A DNA stretch of 64,000 nt from a virus. Positions within the stretch are counted from its first letter, which is position 1, and every line of letters starts with the position of its first letter. Made by a program: the position numbers and the translations under genes. Positions 48,088-58,097 of this stretch are shown here, one piece after another. The DNA lies in the IMG/VR virus record IMGVR_UViG_3300021425_000005, one strand, 5' to 3'. The notes beneath the pieces are model-generated. The model ran no database searches. It was not told the origin of the DNA and saw nothing but the letters and a program-made list of their open reading frames with translations.

Positions 48088-49341
48088 TTACATCAGGTTT
48101 GAAACTTTTACTGAACGATAGTATTGGTTTCTGTCAGCTGTAAAGGTGTCAGCATCGGTTGTGCCGTCTGACTGTGTTACGAATGGGTTAGCGATCATGC
48201 CGTAACGAGTCTTAAAGCCGATTTTTGGCTGGAAGGTCGTTGGATCGATTGCGCGAACCTGCTGCAGCGGAACATATGGGCAGTAGAACAAGCCAGCGTC
48301 ATAAGCAGACGAGCCTTTGTAACCTACTACATAGAACTGAGAAGCAGCACCAGTGTTAGCTGAATATGGGTCGATGTATACACGATAGCGACCGTTCAGA
48401 ACACCAGCAAAAGTGTTACCTGTGTCATCGACGTTCAGGTCAGTGTTAAGAGCTGGAGCATAATCCAGAACACCAGCCATTGACAGAGCAGAAGCTACGT
48501 CAGATGAACATACGATGAAGTTACCTTTACCGCGACGGGTGTCTTGAGCGATTACGTTGGCATCACGTTCGATGTTGAACAGGAGACCTTTGAAACGCTC
48601 AACTGACCAGCGACCGTTTGAGTCAACGTCAAGGTCAAATGTGCCAGCAGTAGCAGTAGAAGCAGAACCAGTTTTAGCAACTTTGTAGATAGTTCTGATA
48701 ACTTCACGGTTGATTTCAGCCAGAATTTCCTGAGACAGGATGTTGCTCAATTCAGACTCGGCGTCCAGACCGTGAATTGCTTTCAGGTCTTGAGCCAGTT
48801 CGATTGAGTATTCGGCTTTCAGCGCACGAGTTTTAGCAGTAACAGTGGTTTTCTCGATTGAGAAAGCCATTTCAGCTGGGTCAACACCTTCACCAGTAGC
48901 AGTGGCCATGCCTGTGCCTGTGGTGTAAGAGCCATCAACTGGGTTAGAGCCAGCGTGAGTGCCTGTGCCAGCGAAGTCGGTGTCGGCTTCGTTGAACAGA
49001 GCTTCTGTGCCTGTTTGTGAAGTGTAGTGTGATTTCATCGCGAAGATGAGACCAGTTGGACCAGTCATTGGCTGAACGCCGCAGACATCATAAGCCATCA
49101 GGTTTGGAAGAGCACGACGAACCAGTGAAATCAATACTGGGTCATAGTTGTCAACCGAAGCACCTGTTGCGTTGGCTGGAGCAGCTTCGAAAAGAGCTTG
49201 TTTCTCTTCACGGATTGCTTTCTCTTGGTTTTCCAGAACGACAGCCGTAACATTACGACGGTGAGCGTCCTTGATTTCTGGAAGTTCTGGGTGATCCAAT
49301 ACTGGAGCCCATTTTTCCATTTGTGATTCTGAAAGATACAT
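48088..49341 (-). CDS. gp23: Major capsid protein gp23
   Basis: KWAPVL, LENQE, GVQPMTGPTGLIFAM, RALKAEYS.ELAQDLKAIHGLDAE, YCPYVPL, FQPKIGFKTRYG. Confidence 0.99.
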   Translation of the reverse strand: MYLSESQMEKWAPVLDHPELPEIKDAHRRNVTAVVLENQEKAIREEKQALFEAAPANATGASVDNYDPVLISLVRRALPNLMAYDVCGVQPMTGPTGLIFAMKSHYTSQTGTEALFNEADTDFAGTGTHAGSNPVDGSYTTGTGMATATGEGVDPAEMAFSIEKTTVTAKTRALKAEYSIELAQDLKAIHGLDAESELSNILSQEILAEINREVIRTIYKVAKTGSASTATAGTFDLDVDSNGRWSVERFKGLLFNIERDANVIAQDTRRGKGNFIVCSSDVASALSMAGVLDYAPALNTDLNVDDTGNTFAGVLNGRYRVYIDPYSANTGAASQFYVVGYKGSSAYDAGLFYCPYVPLQQVRAIDPTTFQPKIGFKTRYGMIANPFVTQSDGTTDADTFTADRNQYYRSVKVSNLM

Positions 49342-49376
49342 CTTTCGTCTCCTTGCTTAGTTGTTTTAACTGTTAT

Positions 49377-49384
49377 TATTTATA
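49377..49384 (-). promoter_or_regulatory. Late promoter TATAAATA (gp23)
   Basis: Exact consensus upstream of the AAGGAG SD. Confidence 0.85.
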
Positions 49385-49389
49385 AAAAA

Positions 49390-50562
49390 TTATCTTTTTA
49401 CCGATTTCGAAATCGCTTGAGCGTAAATGCTCACAGGACTTGCTGAGTCGTCAGAAACAGAAATTGTTTCGTCATCAATCAGTTTGTCTTCATCAGATGC
49501 TTTTTGAGCAGGGAAATAGTTTTCCTTGATTACTGACAACTTTTCAGAGAAGTCACTATCAAACTCAACATCTTCAACGAGTTTCTCGAACTTTTCAGCT
49601 TCAGTTACTGTCAAGTCAGCAGTTGCTTCTTTGATAGCAGCAGTTTTTTCAAGTTCGATCTTTTTAGCAGCCAGAGAAATCTTCTCTTCAGTAGATTCGT
49701 CTAACTTGGCTTTGAGTGATTCAATTTCACTCTGCATTTCGCCCAGAACATCGTATTTCTCTTCAGGAACTTCGATGTAATGCTCGGCAAAAACTTCTTT
49801 CAAGGAACCGATGAATGATTCAGTAATCTCGTTGCGGAGACCACGCTCGATAGCGAGTTCGTTTTCTTTCATCCAGTTTTCGGCTACATAGTTCAAATAA
49901 CCATCGATTTTCTGAACCATTTCTTCCATGAATGTTTCTTGAGCTACTTGTGCCTCTTCAGTCAGCTCTTTTTGAATTTCTTCGATTTCAGCTGAAACAC
50001 GAGCTGTAACAACAGCTTCAAACAAGCCAGCAGCTTTTGTTTTAAATTCTTCTGACAAATGCTCTTCGTCAGCGAAAAGATTGTTAATGTCGTCTTCGAA
50101 AAGAGTTTCTTCTTCGATTTCTTCGACTTCTTCTTCTGATTCTTCGTCAAGCTCAACTTCAGCTTCAACTTCTTCATCAGTTACATCGTCAACAATTTCT
50201 TCTTCAGTTGTTTCTTCAAGAACTTCTTCGTCAGCTTCAGTATCTTCAGCTTTCATGCCAGTTTTTGATGAACCTTGAGTTGGTGCAGTTTGGTCACCAG
50301 ACTCAGATGAAGTAGCAGACTTGCTGCTGTCTTTTGATGCTTTAGCAGAAGCAGCTGATCCAGGATTGCCTTCAACATTATCGGTATTCAGAACTTCAAC
50401 GCTTGGGTTGGCTTCCGAAGAACCTTGAGCTGGGGCAGAAGAATCACCTTCTGATTTATCTGCAGGACGAGATGCAGCACCTTCGTCCAGTTCATTAACT
50501 TCTTCAGTAACCACTTCTGGCTTACCTTTAAGAAGCTCTCTGATTTTGCTTTCTACAGCCAT
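49390..50562 (-). CDS. gp22: Prohead core scaffold gp22
   Basis: Highly acidic; LSEEFK.KA..LFEA, YL.YV.ENWM.EN.LAIE.GLR.EI.ESF, IKENYF. Confidence 0.95.
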   Translation of the reverse strand: MAVESKIRELLKGKPEVVTEEVNELDEGAASRPADKSEGDSSAPAQGSSEANPSVEVLNTDNVEGNPGSAASAKASKDSSKSATSSESGDQTAPTQGSSKTGMKAEDTEADEEVLEETTEEEIVDDVTDEEVEAEVELDEESEEEVEEIEEETLFEDDINNLFADEEHLSEEFKTKAAGLFEAVVTARVSAEIEEIQKELTEEAQVAQETFMEEMVQKIDGYLNYVAENWMKENELAIERGLRNEITESFIGSLKEVFAEHYIEVPEEKYDVLGEMQSEIESLKAKLDESTEEKISLAAKKIELEKTAAIKEATADLTVTEAEKFEKLVEDVEFDSDFSEKLSVIKENYFPAQKASDEDKLIDDETISVSDDSASPVSIYAQAISKSVKR

Positions 50563-50597
50563 TGTTTTCTCCTTGTAGAGTCTTATTTTGCTAGTTT

Positions 50598-50605
50598 TAT
50601 TTATA
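50598..50605 (-). promoter_or_regulatory. Late promoter TATAAATA (gp22)
   Basis: Exact consensus. Confidence 0.8.
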
Positions 50606-50610
50606 AAAAA

Positions 50611-51264
50611 TTAAATCTTTGACAGCTTATCCATGAATGAACTAAACACATTAAGTTTAGCTTCTTCTAGTTCATGCTTGGAAGAAGTTTTAATAACTTG
50701 TTGCGCTTCCTCAATTTCACGACCTTGCCATACGCCATCGACCATTACCCATTCGCGGCTCTCCATGATACCTTCAACGAAAGCATCTGGGGCAGATGGG
50801 TCAGATACGATATCAGCAGCTGTAGCAAGCATGAAATCATCTTGGACTTCACTAATACCTGAACGCTCTTTGATAGAGCCTAGTCCTCTAGAGCTAACTC
50901 CTAGTTGCGCACCTGCTTCGATTAGGTTTGCTGCAATTTTGCCCATCGGCGTTTCAAGGATTTTAGCTTTACCAATCCAGTTGTTACCATCTTCTTTTAG
51001 GGAAACAATCATGTGAGATACACGATCTAGATTTACTGTTGGACCATCAGGGTGTCCGAGTTCACCCAAGGCTCTGTTCTTGTCGATTTGCTCGGTTGTA
51101 TAGCGAGCAACTTCTTTAGCCATGACTTCTTTAGGATAGACACGACCATTGCGATTTTTTAAATTAGACTGCAGAAAAACACCCTCGATATACAGGTTCT
51201 TTTTGCCGTCTTTTTCTTCTTGGATGTATTGAACATCCTCAGTGATTTCTTTGATCAGTTTCAT
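50611..51264 (-). CDS. gp21: Prohead protease gp21
   Basis: IEGVFLQ, NRNGRVY, GELGHP, GVSSRGLGS, DIVSDPSAPDA; start re-set. Confidence 0.97.
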   Translation of the reverse strand: MKLIKEITEDVQYIQEEKDGKKNLYIEGVFLQSNLKNRNGRVYPKEVMAKEVARYTTEQIDKNRALGELGHPDGPTVNLDRVSHMIVSLKEDGNNWIGKAKILETPMGKIAANLIEAGAQLGVSSRGLGSIKERSGISEVQDDFMLATAADIVSDPSAPDAFVEGIMESREWVMVDGVWQGREIEEAQQVIKTSSKHELEEAKLNVFSSFMDKLSKI

Positions 51265-51653
51265 TAGCCTAGATCTCCATCTGCACCTTGGTGTTGTTGA
51301 GAACCATAACCAGAAACTTTGGCGCACTCAACAACAACTGTGCCGCCATTACCACCAGCGATAACGATTGCGATATCTTGGTCATTTTCATCGTCATCAG
51401 TAAACCCATAAAAATCCATACGACCTGTAACTTGAAGTTCGTATAAAACTTTAGAGTTCCTAACAACCTGTGCGCTTGCACCACTAGAAAGTGCCCACTG
51501 AATACCCTTGATATTAACAACTGGTGATGATTGTGTTTCGGTTGATTTCTTTAGCGTTGTAGCTAACGCGATTGTTCCAGTAGCGGCAGTCCCTCGGACA
51601 GCAACTACACCATGAGTTTGTGTCAATTTTAATGTGTCGACCGTGACTGCCAT
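51264..51653 (-). CDS. Head-region structural hypothetical protein
   Basis: Located between the prohead core genes and gp21. Confidence 0.75.
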   Translation of the reverse strand: MAVTVDTLKLTQTHGVVAVRGTAATGTIALATTLKKSTETQSSPVVNIKGIQWALSSGASAQVVRNSKVLYELQVTGRMDFYGFTDDDENDQDIAIVIAGGNGGTVVVECAKVSGYGSQQHQGADGDLG

Positions 51654-51657
51654 TTAC

Positions 51658-52065
51658 TTATTCCTCTACTTTTTCGAGTTCCCAAACACTTACGCGCTTG
51701 AGTGATTCCTTGAACATAACCTCAGCAACAGCTTCAACGCCTTCGCCCATAGTGGCAAGAACATTACCTTCACCGAAAGCTGGATGAGATACTTTTTGAT
51801 TTAGTTCCATTTTGAAACCTTCAGTGTTCGAGCTACCCTGAGTTGGCGGAGTAATATCTCCTGGATTCCCTTTCTCAGCAGCACCGTGAAACGCTGTTGG
51901 TTCTTCAGCAGAAGGTTTATTAACATCATCAGAAGATACTTCTGGTGCTTCACCCTCTACTTTAGGATTTGCTTCTGCTGATGGTGATGCAGGAGGCGTT
52001 TGATCGCCATTACCTTCAGTCAATACTTTACGAATAGTTTCTTGAAGTTCTTTATACTGCTTCAT
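51658..52065 (-). CDS. Prohead core/internal protein with C-terminal UvrD/PcrA-like Tudor domain
   Basis: MKQYKEL..VLTE start; LNQKVSHPAFGEGNVL..MGEG...AEVMF...LKRV...LEKV. Confidence 0.65.
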   Translation of the reverse strand: MKQYKELQETIRKVLTEGNGDQTPPASPSAEANPKVEGEAPEVSSDDVNKPSAEEPTAFHGAAEKGNPGDITPPTQGSSNTEGFKMELNQKVSHPAFGEGNVLATMGEGVEAVAEVMFKESLKRVSVWELEKVEE

Positions 52066-52363
52066 CTTCTGTTTCCGTTTCTACTTCTGCTTCAGGCTCT
52101 TCAGCCTCTGCAGTTTCTGGGACTTCAGGTGTTTCGAATTCTACTTCGCCTGCAGTCGGTTCTGGTAAGTCGATTTGACTGAACATATTTGTAGCAACTT
52201 CTTGTTTACGGTTCGCCACAAGTTCATCAGCTCGTTGATTCATCATATCATTAAATGTATCCTGAGCATCAGTCAGTTTACCATCACGCCATTGGTTCAT
52301 CATATCACGAACAGCGTCTGCACGCTCATTTTCGATTTCTCTTACTTCTGTATCATCACTCAT
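52052..52363 (-). CDS. Small acidic prohead core protein (gp67-like)
   Basis: Position after the portal gene; acidic tail. Confidence 0.75.
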   Translation of the reverse strand: MSDDTEVREIENERADAVRDMMNQWRDGKLTDAQDTFNDMMNQRADELVANRKQEVATNMFSQIDLPEPTAGEVEFETPEVPETAEAEEPEAEVETETEDEAV

Positions 52364-53877
52364 TGTTGTTCACCTTCTTCATATGGTTGCGGCTCGACTT
52401 CTTGCGCCTCACCTTCGATTTGTTGGTTGATGAGATCGATTTCATCATCTCCCATCTTAAGAATTTCTTTTTGGACATACTCCTTACTGAAATATTGTCC
52501 GACATAACCTGCCATACCATTAAGAACTTCGATTCTGCTTCTTAGAATCTCTTGTTCTTTTGATTCAGTATAGTAAGCATCAGAAGCAAACTTATATTGA
52601 ATCTGATCACGAATCATTGGCCAGTCATCCTCAGTAATGATACCTTTGAGGATAAGCTGAGTCTTCAGCAGGTCATCAAACATAGCTGAGAAACGACGAC
52701 GAAGTTTAGCAATAAACTTTGTAAACTTCAATTCATCACGACTAATCTCAGCACTACGCCCAAAGTTGATACCACTTTGTTGCGCTTCAAGACGAGACAT
52801 AGGAACATTCAGTGCTTGGTAGAGTTTCCGTTGGAAATACTCTACATCGCCAGTCTCACCAAGATTTTGACCTCCTGGAAGAGTCTGAATTTCTGTGCCC
52901 CTGCCACCTTCACGGCGTGGCATCCAGAAATCTTCAAGCATCGACATAAACTTCTTGTCGTCTCGAATCTCACCATTAGTGCCATCATAAACAAGTTTGT
53001 TACGATAGCGATTCATAACATCTTTGAGATACTGTTCAGCCTTCATTGTAGGCAGATTACCAGTATCTACATAGAATACTCTACGCTCTGGTGCACGAGT
53101 AATACGATAGATAACTACCGCATTTTCCATCATTCTCAGCTGGTTAGCTGGACGGATGGCTTTGTGCAAATATGAAAGGGGAATATTTTTGTCTTGATCG
53201 AGAAGACCTGATGATACATAAGTAACAGCATCTTTCGAAATCTTAAGAGCTTTATCGTTTGCGTTACCAGCTTTATACTGTCCTGGTTTACTGGCAATCC
53301 CCTTATCATCATAAACGAAGTATTCTTTAACTTCTTTAATCATATTGACGCCAGTTTTAGGATCTTTTTCCTTCTTGATATCACGCACTTTTTTGATTTT
53401 GCGTGGGTCAATATATCTGACATCATATAGACCTTTTTTCGGGTTGGCTTTATCTACAAGTTTATGAAAGTAGATTCGACCATCAATATACCAGCGTCTA
53501 TAATAATCTTGTGCTCGATTGTTAAAATCTAACAACGCCAATACATTAGTAAACTCGTCAGCAATAGCTTTCTTCACAGTAGCTGATACCTGAATACTAT
53601 CGGTGTCAACCTCAACTGGCTTTTCATCCTCGAGGTTAGAGATACTATCATTAACGATATCTTCAATGGCTGCATCAACATCAGCAAACATTGAGATATC
53701 TCTATATCTCTTAATGAGTTGCTCTTCAGTATTAGCAACTCCCTCGACATCAAAGTATGTGCCATAGTATCCACCACCTCGGATAGATTCAATGGCTCCA
53801 TCCTCGTCAGGAGCCACGAACGATTGTGCTGTTCGAGGCTCCCTCTTACGAGTAATTTCAAAACCAAATAATTCCAT
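52360..53877 (-). CDS. gp20: Portal protein gp20
   Basis: LFGFEI, WYIDGR, IDPRKI, YRITRAPERRVFYVD, EDFWMPRREGGRGTEI. Confidence 0.99.
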   Translation of the reverse strand: MELFGFEITRKREPRTAQSFVAPDEDGAIESIRGGGYYGTYFDVEGVANTEEQLIKRYRDISMFADVDAAIEDIVNDSISNLEDEKPVEVDTDSIQVSATVKKAIADEFTNVLALLDFNNRAQDYYRRWYIDGRIYFHKLVDKANPKKGLYDVRYIDPRKIKKVRDIKKEKDPKTGVNMIKEVKEYFVYDDKGIASKPGQYKAGNANDKALKISKDAVTYVSSGLLDQDKNIPLSYLHKAIRPANQLRMMENAVVIYRITRAPERRVFYVDTGNLPTMKAEQYLKDVMNRYRNKLVYDGTNGEIRDDKKFMSMLEDFWMPRREGGRGTEIQTLPGGQNLGETGDVEYFQRKLYQALNVPMSRLEAQQSGINFGRSAEISRDELKFTKFIAKLRRRFSAMFDDLLKTQLILKGIITEDDWPMIRDQIQYKFASDAYYTESKEQEILRSRIEVLNGMAGYVGQYFSKEYVQKEILKMGDDEIDLINQQIEGEAQEVEPQPYEEGEQQ

Positions 53878-53908
53878 TATATTTTCCCTATACTAGATGT
53901 AAGACTAT

Positions 53909-54424
53909 TTATGCTACATCATAATGTGTATATTGGAAAGTCACCGTAAATTCTTCAAAGATATCGTTCTGTGCGTATTGCAGGGCAATTTCTGACATAT
54001 TGATTGGGAAGGCGTTACGAAGCGTATATTGCCCACCAGCCAATACTTCATCGTTGCGGTCAAGATGCTCAACAACAATATCAGCTTGATAATCACTTGG
54101 TGTGAGAACGCCTGTGTTATCTTCGCGATTATTAAGACCATTCATCCACTGTTCAAACGGTGTGCGGAGAGAGAAGTCAGAGTCATTCACGATTGTGATT
54201 GTGAATGGGTCAAAGATTCTTTCACCAGCAAGTTTAATCTCACGACCGCGATACTGGATAATGGCAGGGTTAACATTTGATGCTGGTAAAGCTGCACCTG
54301 TAACCAACAGGCTGTAGCTTGTGTCAACATTTGGCACATAACTTGGGAAGGCGAGACTCACTCTAAACTGGTTAGGGCGAGCACCACCTGCGCCTAGTCT
54401 AGCCTTAAATTCTTCAATATTCAT
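53909..54424 (-). CDS. gp19: Tail tube protein gp19
   Basis: GGARPNQF, RGREIKLAGER.F, NDSDF..R..FE.W, FEEFTVTF.Y. Confidence 0.96.
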   Translation of the reverse strand: MNIEEFKARLGAGGARPNQFRVSLAFPSYVPNVDTSYSLLVTGAALPASNVNPAIIQYRGREIKLAGERIFDPFTITIVNDSDFSLRTPFEQWMNGLNNREDNTGVLTPSDYQADIVVEHLDRNDEVLAGGQYTLRNAFPINMSEIALQYAQNDIFEEFTVTFQYTHYDVA

Positions 54425-54448
54425 TGCGTTTTCTCCTTAAATACTAGA

Positions 54449-56401
54449 TTAGGCTCCAAGCTCTTCGAACGAGATACCTGTTCGCGTCGCTACGAATGTC
54501 AGTGTGATGAAGTTAATTGATTTCGCTGGCTTGATGAAAATATCAGCACGGAACTCATTAGAGTCAATCACTTGACCAGTGTTATTTGTTTCGTCGCATA
54601 CAACGCGGAAGTCATATACACCACGACGACCTTGGACATCGCGCAAGAATGGCTCAACCAATGAGCGGAACTGGGCGCGAGTAAAGGCGTCGTTGAATTC
54701 AAACAACTGGAACTTAGCAGCCGTTGCGATTGCCTTTTCAATCACAATAAACAGACGACGAACATTGATGCGATTAAAAGCACTTGATTTATTCAACAAT
54801 GTTTTATCACCGAACAATACAACACCTTGTGCTGCAGACTGAACGATTGGGTTTACACCAGCCGAGTAGAGCGTGTCGCGGTCAGATTTCTTAGGATTGA
54901 AAGCCAACTTAACGGCGTTCTTGATTTGACCACGATTTACACCAGCGGGTGAGAACCATGGATCTGCTTCAAGGTCTGTCGTTACGCAAGTGCCAGCTGT
55001 GTCACCATTACATGGAACCCAAGCATACACATCATTGTAGCGGTCATACATATACTTCCAGCCACTATCCATGACAGCGAATGAAGAGCGAGTATAAGAG
55101 GCTAACTCAGCTACGATGTCAGTTACCTCTGAGCCAGAATTGTTAACAACGCTTGCTCTTTGTGGTGACACGAATACTAAGCAGTCTTTACGGATATCAG
55201 CAACATTATCGATGATATAATCACCAACAGTTGCGCTATGTTGACCAGCAACAATCAGACTTACATCAGTTTCTTCATCGTTTGCGAAGAGGATGTAAGA
55301 GTTTTGAAGGTCAGCATCAGCTGGAGATGCGTCAACACCACCAGTAAGCGACCAAGCATCAGTGTCAACACCATCGATGATAACCTTGTATACGCTATTA
55401 GCCGCAGCTTGAACTGTTGCCAAGGCTGTTCCCCAATCTTGACCAATTGTAGATGAGGTAGTATCGACTTGATCCATGAACCAGATATATTGTGATTGAT
55501 TATTGATTACATCTTTGTAATAGTTTGATTCATTTTGATCGTTTTTTGAGCCTGGAATTTTAGATACGCCTGAGAATTTCTCAAGGATAGTCCCAGCAAC
55601 ACCAGTAAATGCGCCATCTTCATCGATAACAATAACATGGACTTCATCATAGTTTATGTTATTATTAGCAGCATAAGTAGTTGTCGTTGGTGTAAAGTCA
55701 AAGTTTGAAGCGTATGTCCAAGCTGTTGACAATGTGGCTGTCGCGGTAGCACCTGAGCCACCGCCACCTGAGATAGTGACTGTTGGGGCTGATGTGTAAC
55801 CGATTCCTGGGAAGGTTATTGTAATCGAATCAACAGCAGAACCGCCCGCAAGGTCAGCTGTTCCCGTCGCACTAACACCGCCAGCAGGGGCAGCTGCAAA
55901 TGTTACTGTAGGGGCTGAAGTATAACCAGAGCCACCGTCAGTCACTGTGACCGATGCAACTGAAGAAGCAGTAAAGTTACCCAAGTCAGCAACTGAAACT
56001 TTAATTGAATTGCCTAATGAGCCTGCCCATTTAGCAGCAAATGGACCAACAGAACCTTCACCAGCAGAATATGATGATTCATACTCGTCTTCGTTTCTGA
56101 TCAGAACAGCTGTTCCTGATGATACAGCGTTTCTAGCAGCCGAACCAACTTCTCGTGAAACGAGCAGGCTGGAACCATATGCTAAGAACGAAGCAGCAGT
56201 CAGGAAGTCAACATTAGTGCTTGAGGCAGGTTTGCCGAAGCGAGCAACGAGTTCATTTTCGCTGCTGATTGATGTGAGTTCACGCGCTGGACCCCATGCG
56301 AAGTCACCAACGAAACCGCCAGTTGTAGTGCCAACTCCTGGAACTACACTTGATGCGTCCTGTTCGCGAACGAGAACTCCTGGACTTAGTTGAAATGCCA
56401 T
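54449..56401 (-). CDS. gp18: Tail sheath protein gp18
   Basis: LSPGV..RE, F.WGP, DSGWKYMYD, WFSPAG..RG, FGDKT, RINVRRLF. Confidence 0.98.
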   Translation of the reverse strand: MAFQLSPGVLVREQDASSVVPGVGTTTGGFVGDFAWGPARELTSISSENELVARFGKPASSTNVDFLTAASFLAYGSSLLVSREVGSAARNAVSSGTAVLIRNEDEYESSYSAGEGSVGPFAAKWAGSLGNSIKVSVADLGNFTASSVASVTVTDGGSGYTSAPTVTFAAAPAGGVSATGTADLAGGSAVDSITITFPGIGYTSAPTVTISGGGGSGATATATLSTAWTYASNFDFTPTTTTYAANNNINYDEVHVIVIDEDGAFTGVAGTILEKFSGVSKIPGSKNDQNESNYYKDVINNQSQYIWFMDQVDTTSSTIGQDWGTALATVQAAANSVYKVIIDGVDTDAWSLTGGVDASPADADLQNSYILFANDEETDVSLIVAGQHSATVGDYIIDNVADIRKDCLVFVSPQRASVVNNSGSEVTDIVAELASYTRSSFAVMDSGWKYMYDRYNDVYAWVPCNGDTAGTCVTTDLEADPWFSPAGVNRGQIKNAVKLAFNPKKSDRDTLYSAGVNPIVQSAAQGVVLFGDKTLLNKSSAFNRINVRRLFIVIEKAIATAAKFQLFEFNDAFTRAQFRSLVEPFLRDVQGRRGVYDFRVVCDETNNTGQVIDSNEFRADIFIKPAKSINFITLTFVATRTGISFEELGA

Positions 56402-56453
56402 GTTTTATCTCCTCGATATTATGGATTATCGTTTATTGTTTTATCACTGAAAT

Positions 56454-56461
56454 TATTTATA
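56454..56461 (-). promoter_or_regulatory. Late promoter TATAAATA (gp18)
   Basis: Exact consensus overlapping the gp17 stop. Confidence 0.8.
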
Positions 56462-58097
56462 AAAAAGGAGTTTTCTCTTTACCATCCAACGAAAACCACA
56501 AATCTCCGCCCATTACTTCAGCTTCAGGCTCCGAACCATCAACAATTTCACCAAAAGGTGTTAGATCGTTCTCAATCATACGCATTTCAGCGTTAAAAAG
56601 ACCCTCTCTGACATTCACATTTGTTAAGTCTGTGAAGAAAGAATTGGTTGTAACCCACCCAAATAACACTAAACTCATGGCGAGGTCATCATTATAACCT
56701 TCATCGGCTTGAAATGTTTGACCCTTTTCCGTAAAAACAGACAATTCACCGATAACATCAGAGTCGTGGATGAGTAATTTTTTATCTTCAATCAAAGATT
56801 TTATAGCAAAACAACCCTGTCGTTTTACTGCCTTCGATGTTGTAACACCCAATTTAGCAGATCTACCAAATCCTGGAGTTAAATATTGTTTCCCATTTTC
56901 TGTGAGAGAGGTAAATACATTCTCATATTCTTCCTCTTGATGAAGAATATCAAGGACTTGTTGCCCAATATCATTAGACTCAACAAGAACATAAGCATTA
57001 TTGAAGTCCCTCGCAACCTTTGAAATAACACTAGGGTAAAGCATTGGGGATATCTTATTGTGTTTATATTTACCAACTAGACGATATGGCATTTCTGTAA
57101 CATCAATAAGAGTGAAGGCAGAGTAGTCGCCACCAACACCCCTCGCTACATCTGCTGTGATAACATAATAGTGTTCTGGTTGTGGGTCTTCATATAGATC
57201 CAAACCATCTTTTGAATATTCTGGATGTTTCGCACTCATAACAGATAAAGTTTTGCCATTAATAAGTGTATTTGTTGACCCAAGGAACTCACAAAGCACC
57301 TCTTGATTGAATTTCAATTCACCAAGAAGTTTAAGTTGTTCGTCTGCCCAAGCCTCATCTCTTCCAGGAATCTCGCTGTAATGAATAAACATTCGTTTAA
57401 ATCCATTTGCACCCGTTTCAGCTTCATTCCAGAACTTCCAGAAATGATTGTAGCCAAGTGGAGTTGATGTGAGTAGGATCTTAGTCGTTTCACCAGCAGA
57501 AATGGTAGGATACACAGCTGTAAAAAACTCTTCAGCAATATTATTCGGGATGATCGCCGCCTCGTCAATATAGAGCCAGTTCACTGATTTACCACGAATA
57601 CCAGAAGATGTTGTTGCTGAAGTAAATACGACCGACCCATTTTCGAGGTCGACGTTACCTTTGTTCCAAGTTTTCACACCTTGCTGCATCCAGATAGGCA
57701 ACCCTTCATACATAATTTGATAACGAGCCAGAACTTCGCGAGCTGCTGTAGTTTTGTTAGCGAGAATAGCAACAGTCTTGTTTTCATTAAAGATTGTGTA
57801 ATGAAGGATACAAGCTGCAGCTGTAACAGTCTTACCTTGCTGACGACCTTCCATCAAAATCGTTTGTCGATTGTTCATAATAAAATCGACTTTACGCTTT
57901 TGACACTCATATAATAAGAAAGGTTGTAAGCCTTTGTCAAGAGTAACAATCTGACAATAGTTTTCAATAAAATATATTGGATCTTCTTTACACTTGATCA
58001 ACTCACGGATTTGTTCTTTAGTAAAATCGTGTTGATAAGCAATAGGTTTTAAATTAGGATTGCCGTGATAGCTAGTTTCTTCAGTCGGAACTGCCAT
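56457..58097 (-). CDS. gp17: Terminase large subunit gp17
   Basis: Y.GNPNLK, RQQGKT, YIDEAA, STPLG.NHF, DVARG.GGDYSA, DDL.M. Confidence 0.98.
   Translation of the reverse strand: MAVPTEETSYHGNPNLKPIAYQHDFTKEQIRELIKCKEDPIYFIENYCQIVTLDKGLQPFLLYECQKRKVDFIMNNRQTILMEGRQQGKTVTAAACILHYTIFNENKTVAILANKTTAAREVLARYQIMYEGLPIWMQQGVKTWNKGNVDLENGSVVFTSATTSSGIRGKSVNWLYIDEAAIIPNNIAEEFFTAVYPTISAGETTKILLTSTPLGYNHFWKFWNEAETGANGFKRMFIHYSEIPGRDEAWADEQLKLLGELKFNQEVLCEFLGSTNTLINGKTLSVMSAKHPEYSKDGLDLYEDPQPEHYYVITADVARGVGGDYSAFTLIDVTEMPYRLVGKYKHNKISPMLYPSVISKVARDFNNAYVLVESNDIGQQVLDILHQEEEYENVFTSLTENGKQYLTPGFGRSAKLGVTTSKAVKRQGCFAIKSLIEDKKLLIHDSDVIGELSVFTEKGQTFQADEGYNDDLAMSLVLFGWVTTNSFFTDLTNVNVREGLFNAEMRMIENDLTPFGEIVDGSEPEAEVMGGDLWFSLDGKEKTPFL

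Noticed and set aside
17155-58097. Inteins, group I introns or homing endonucleases in gp41, gp43, gp17, uvsX, uvsW
   Set aside because: All are normal length and continuous; no LAGLIDADG/HNH/GIY-YIG or intein motifs were seen
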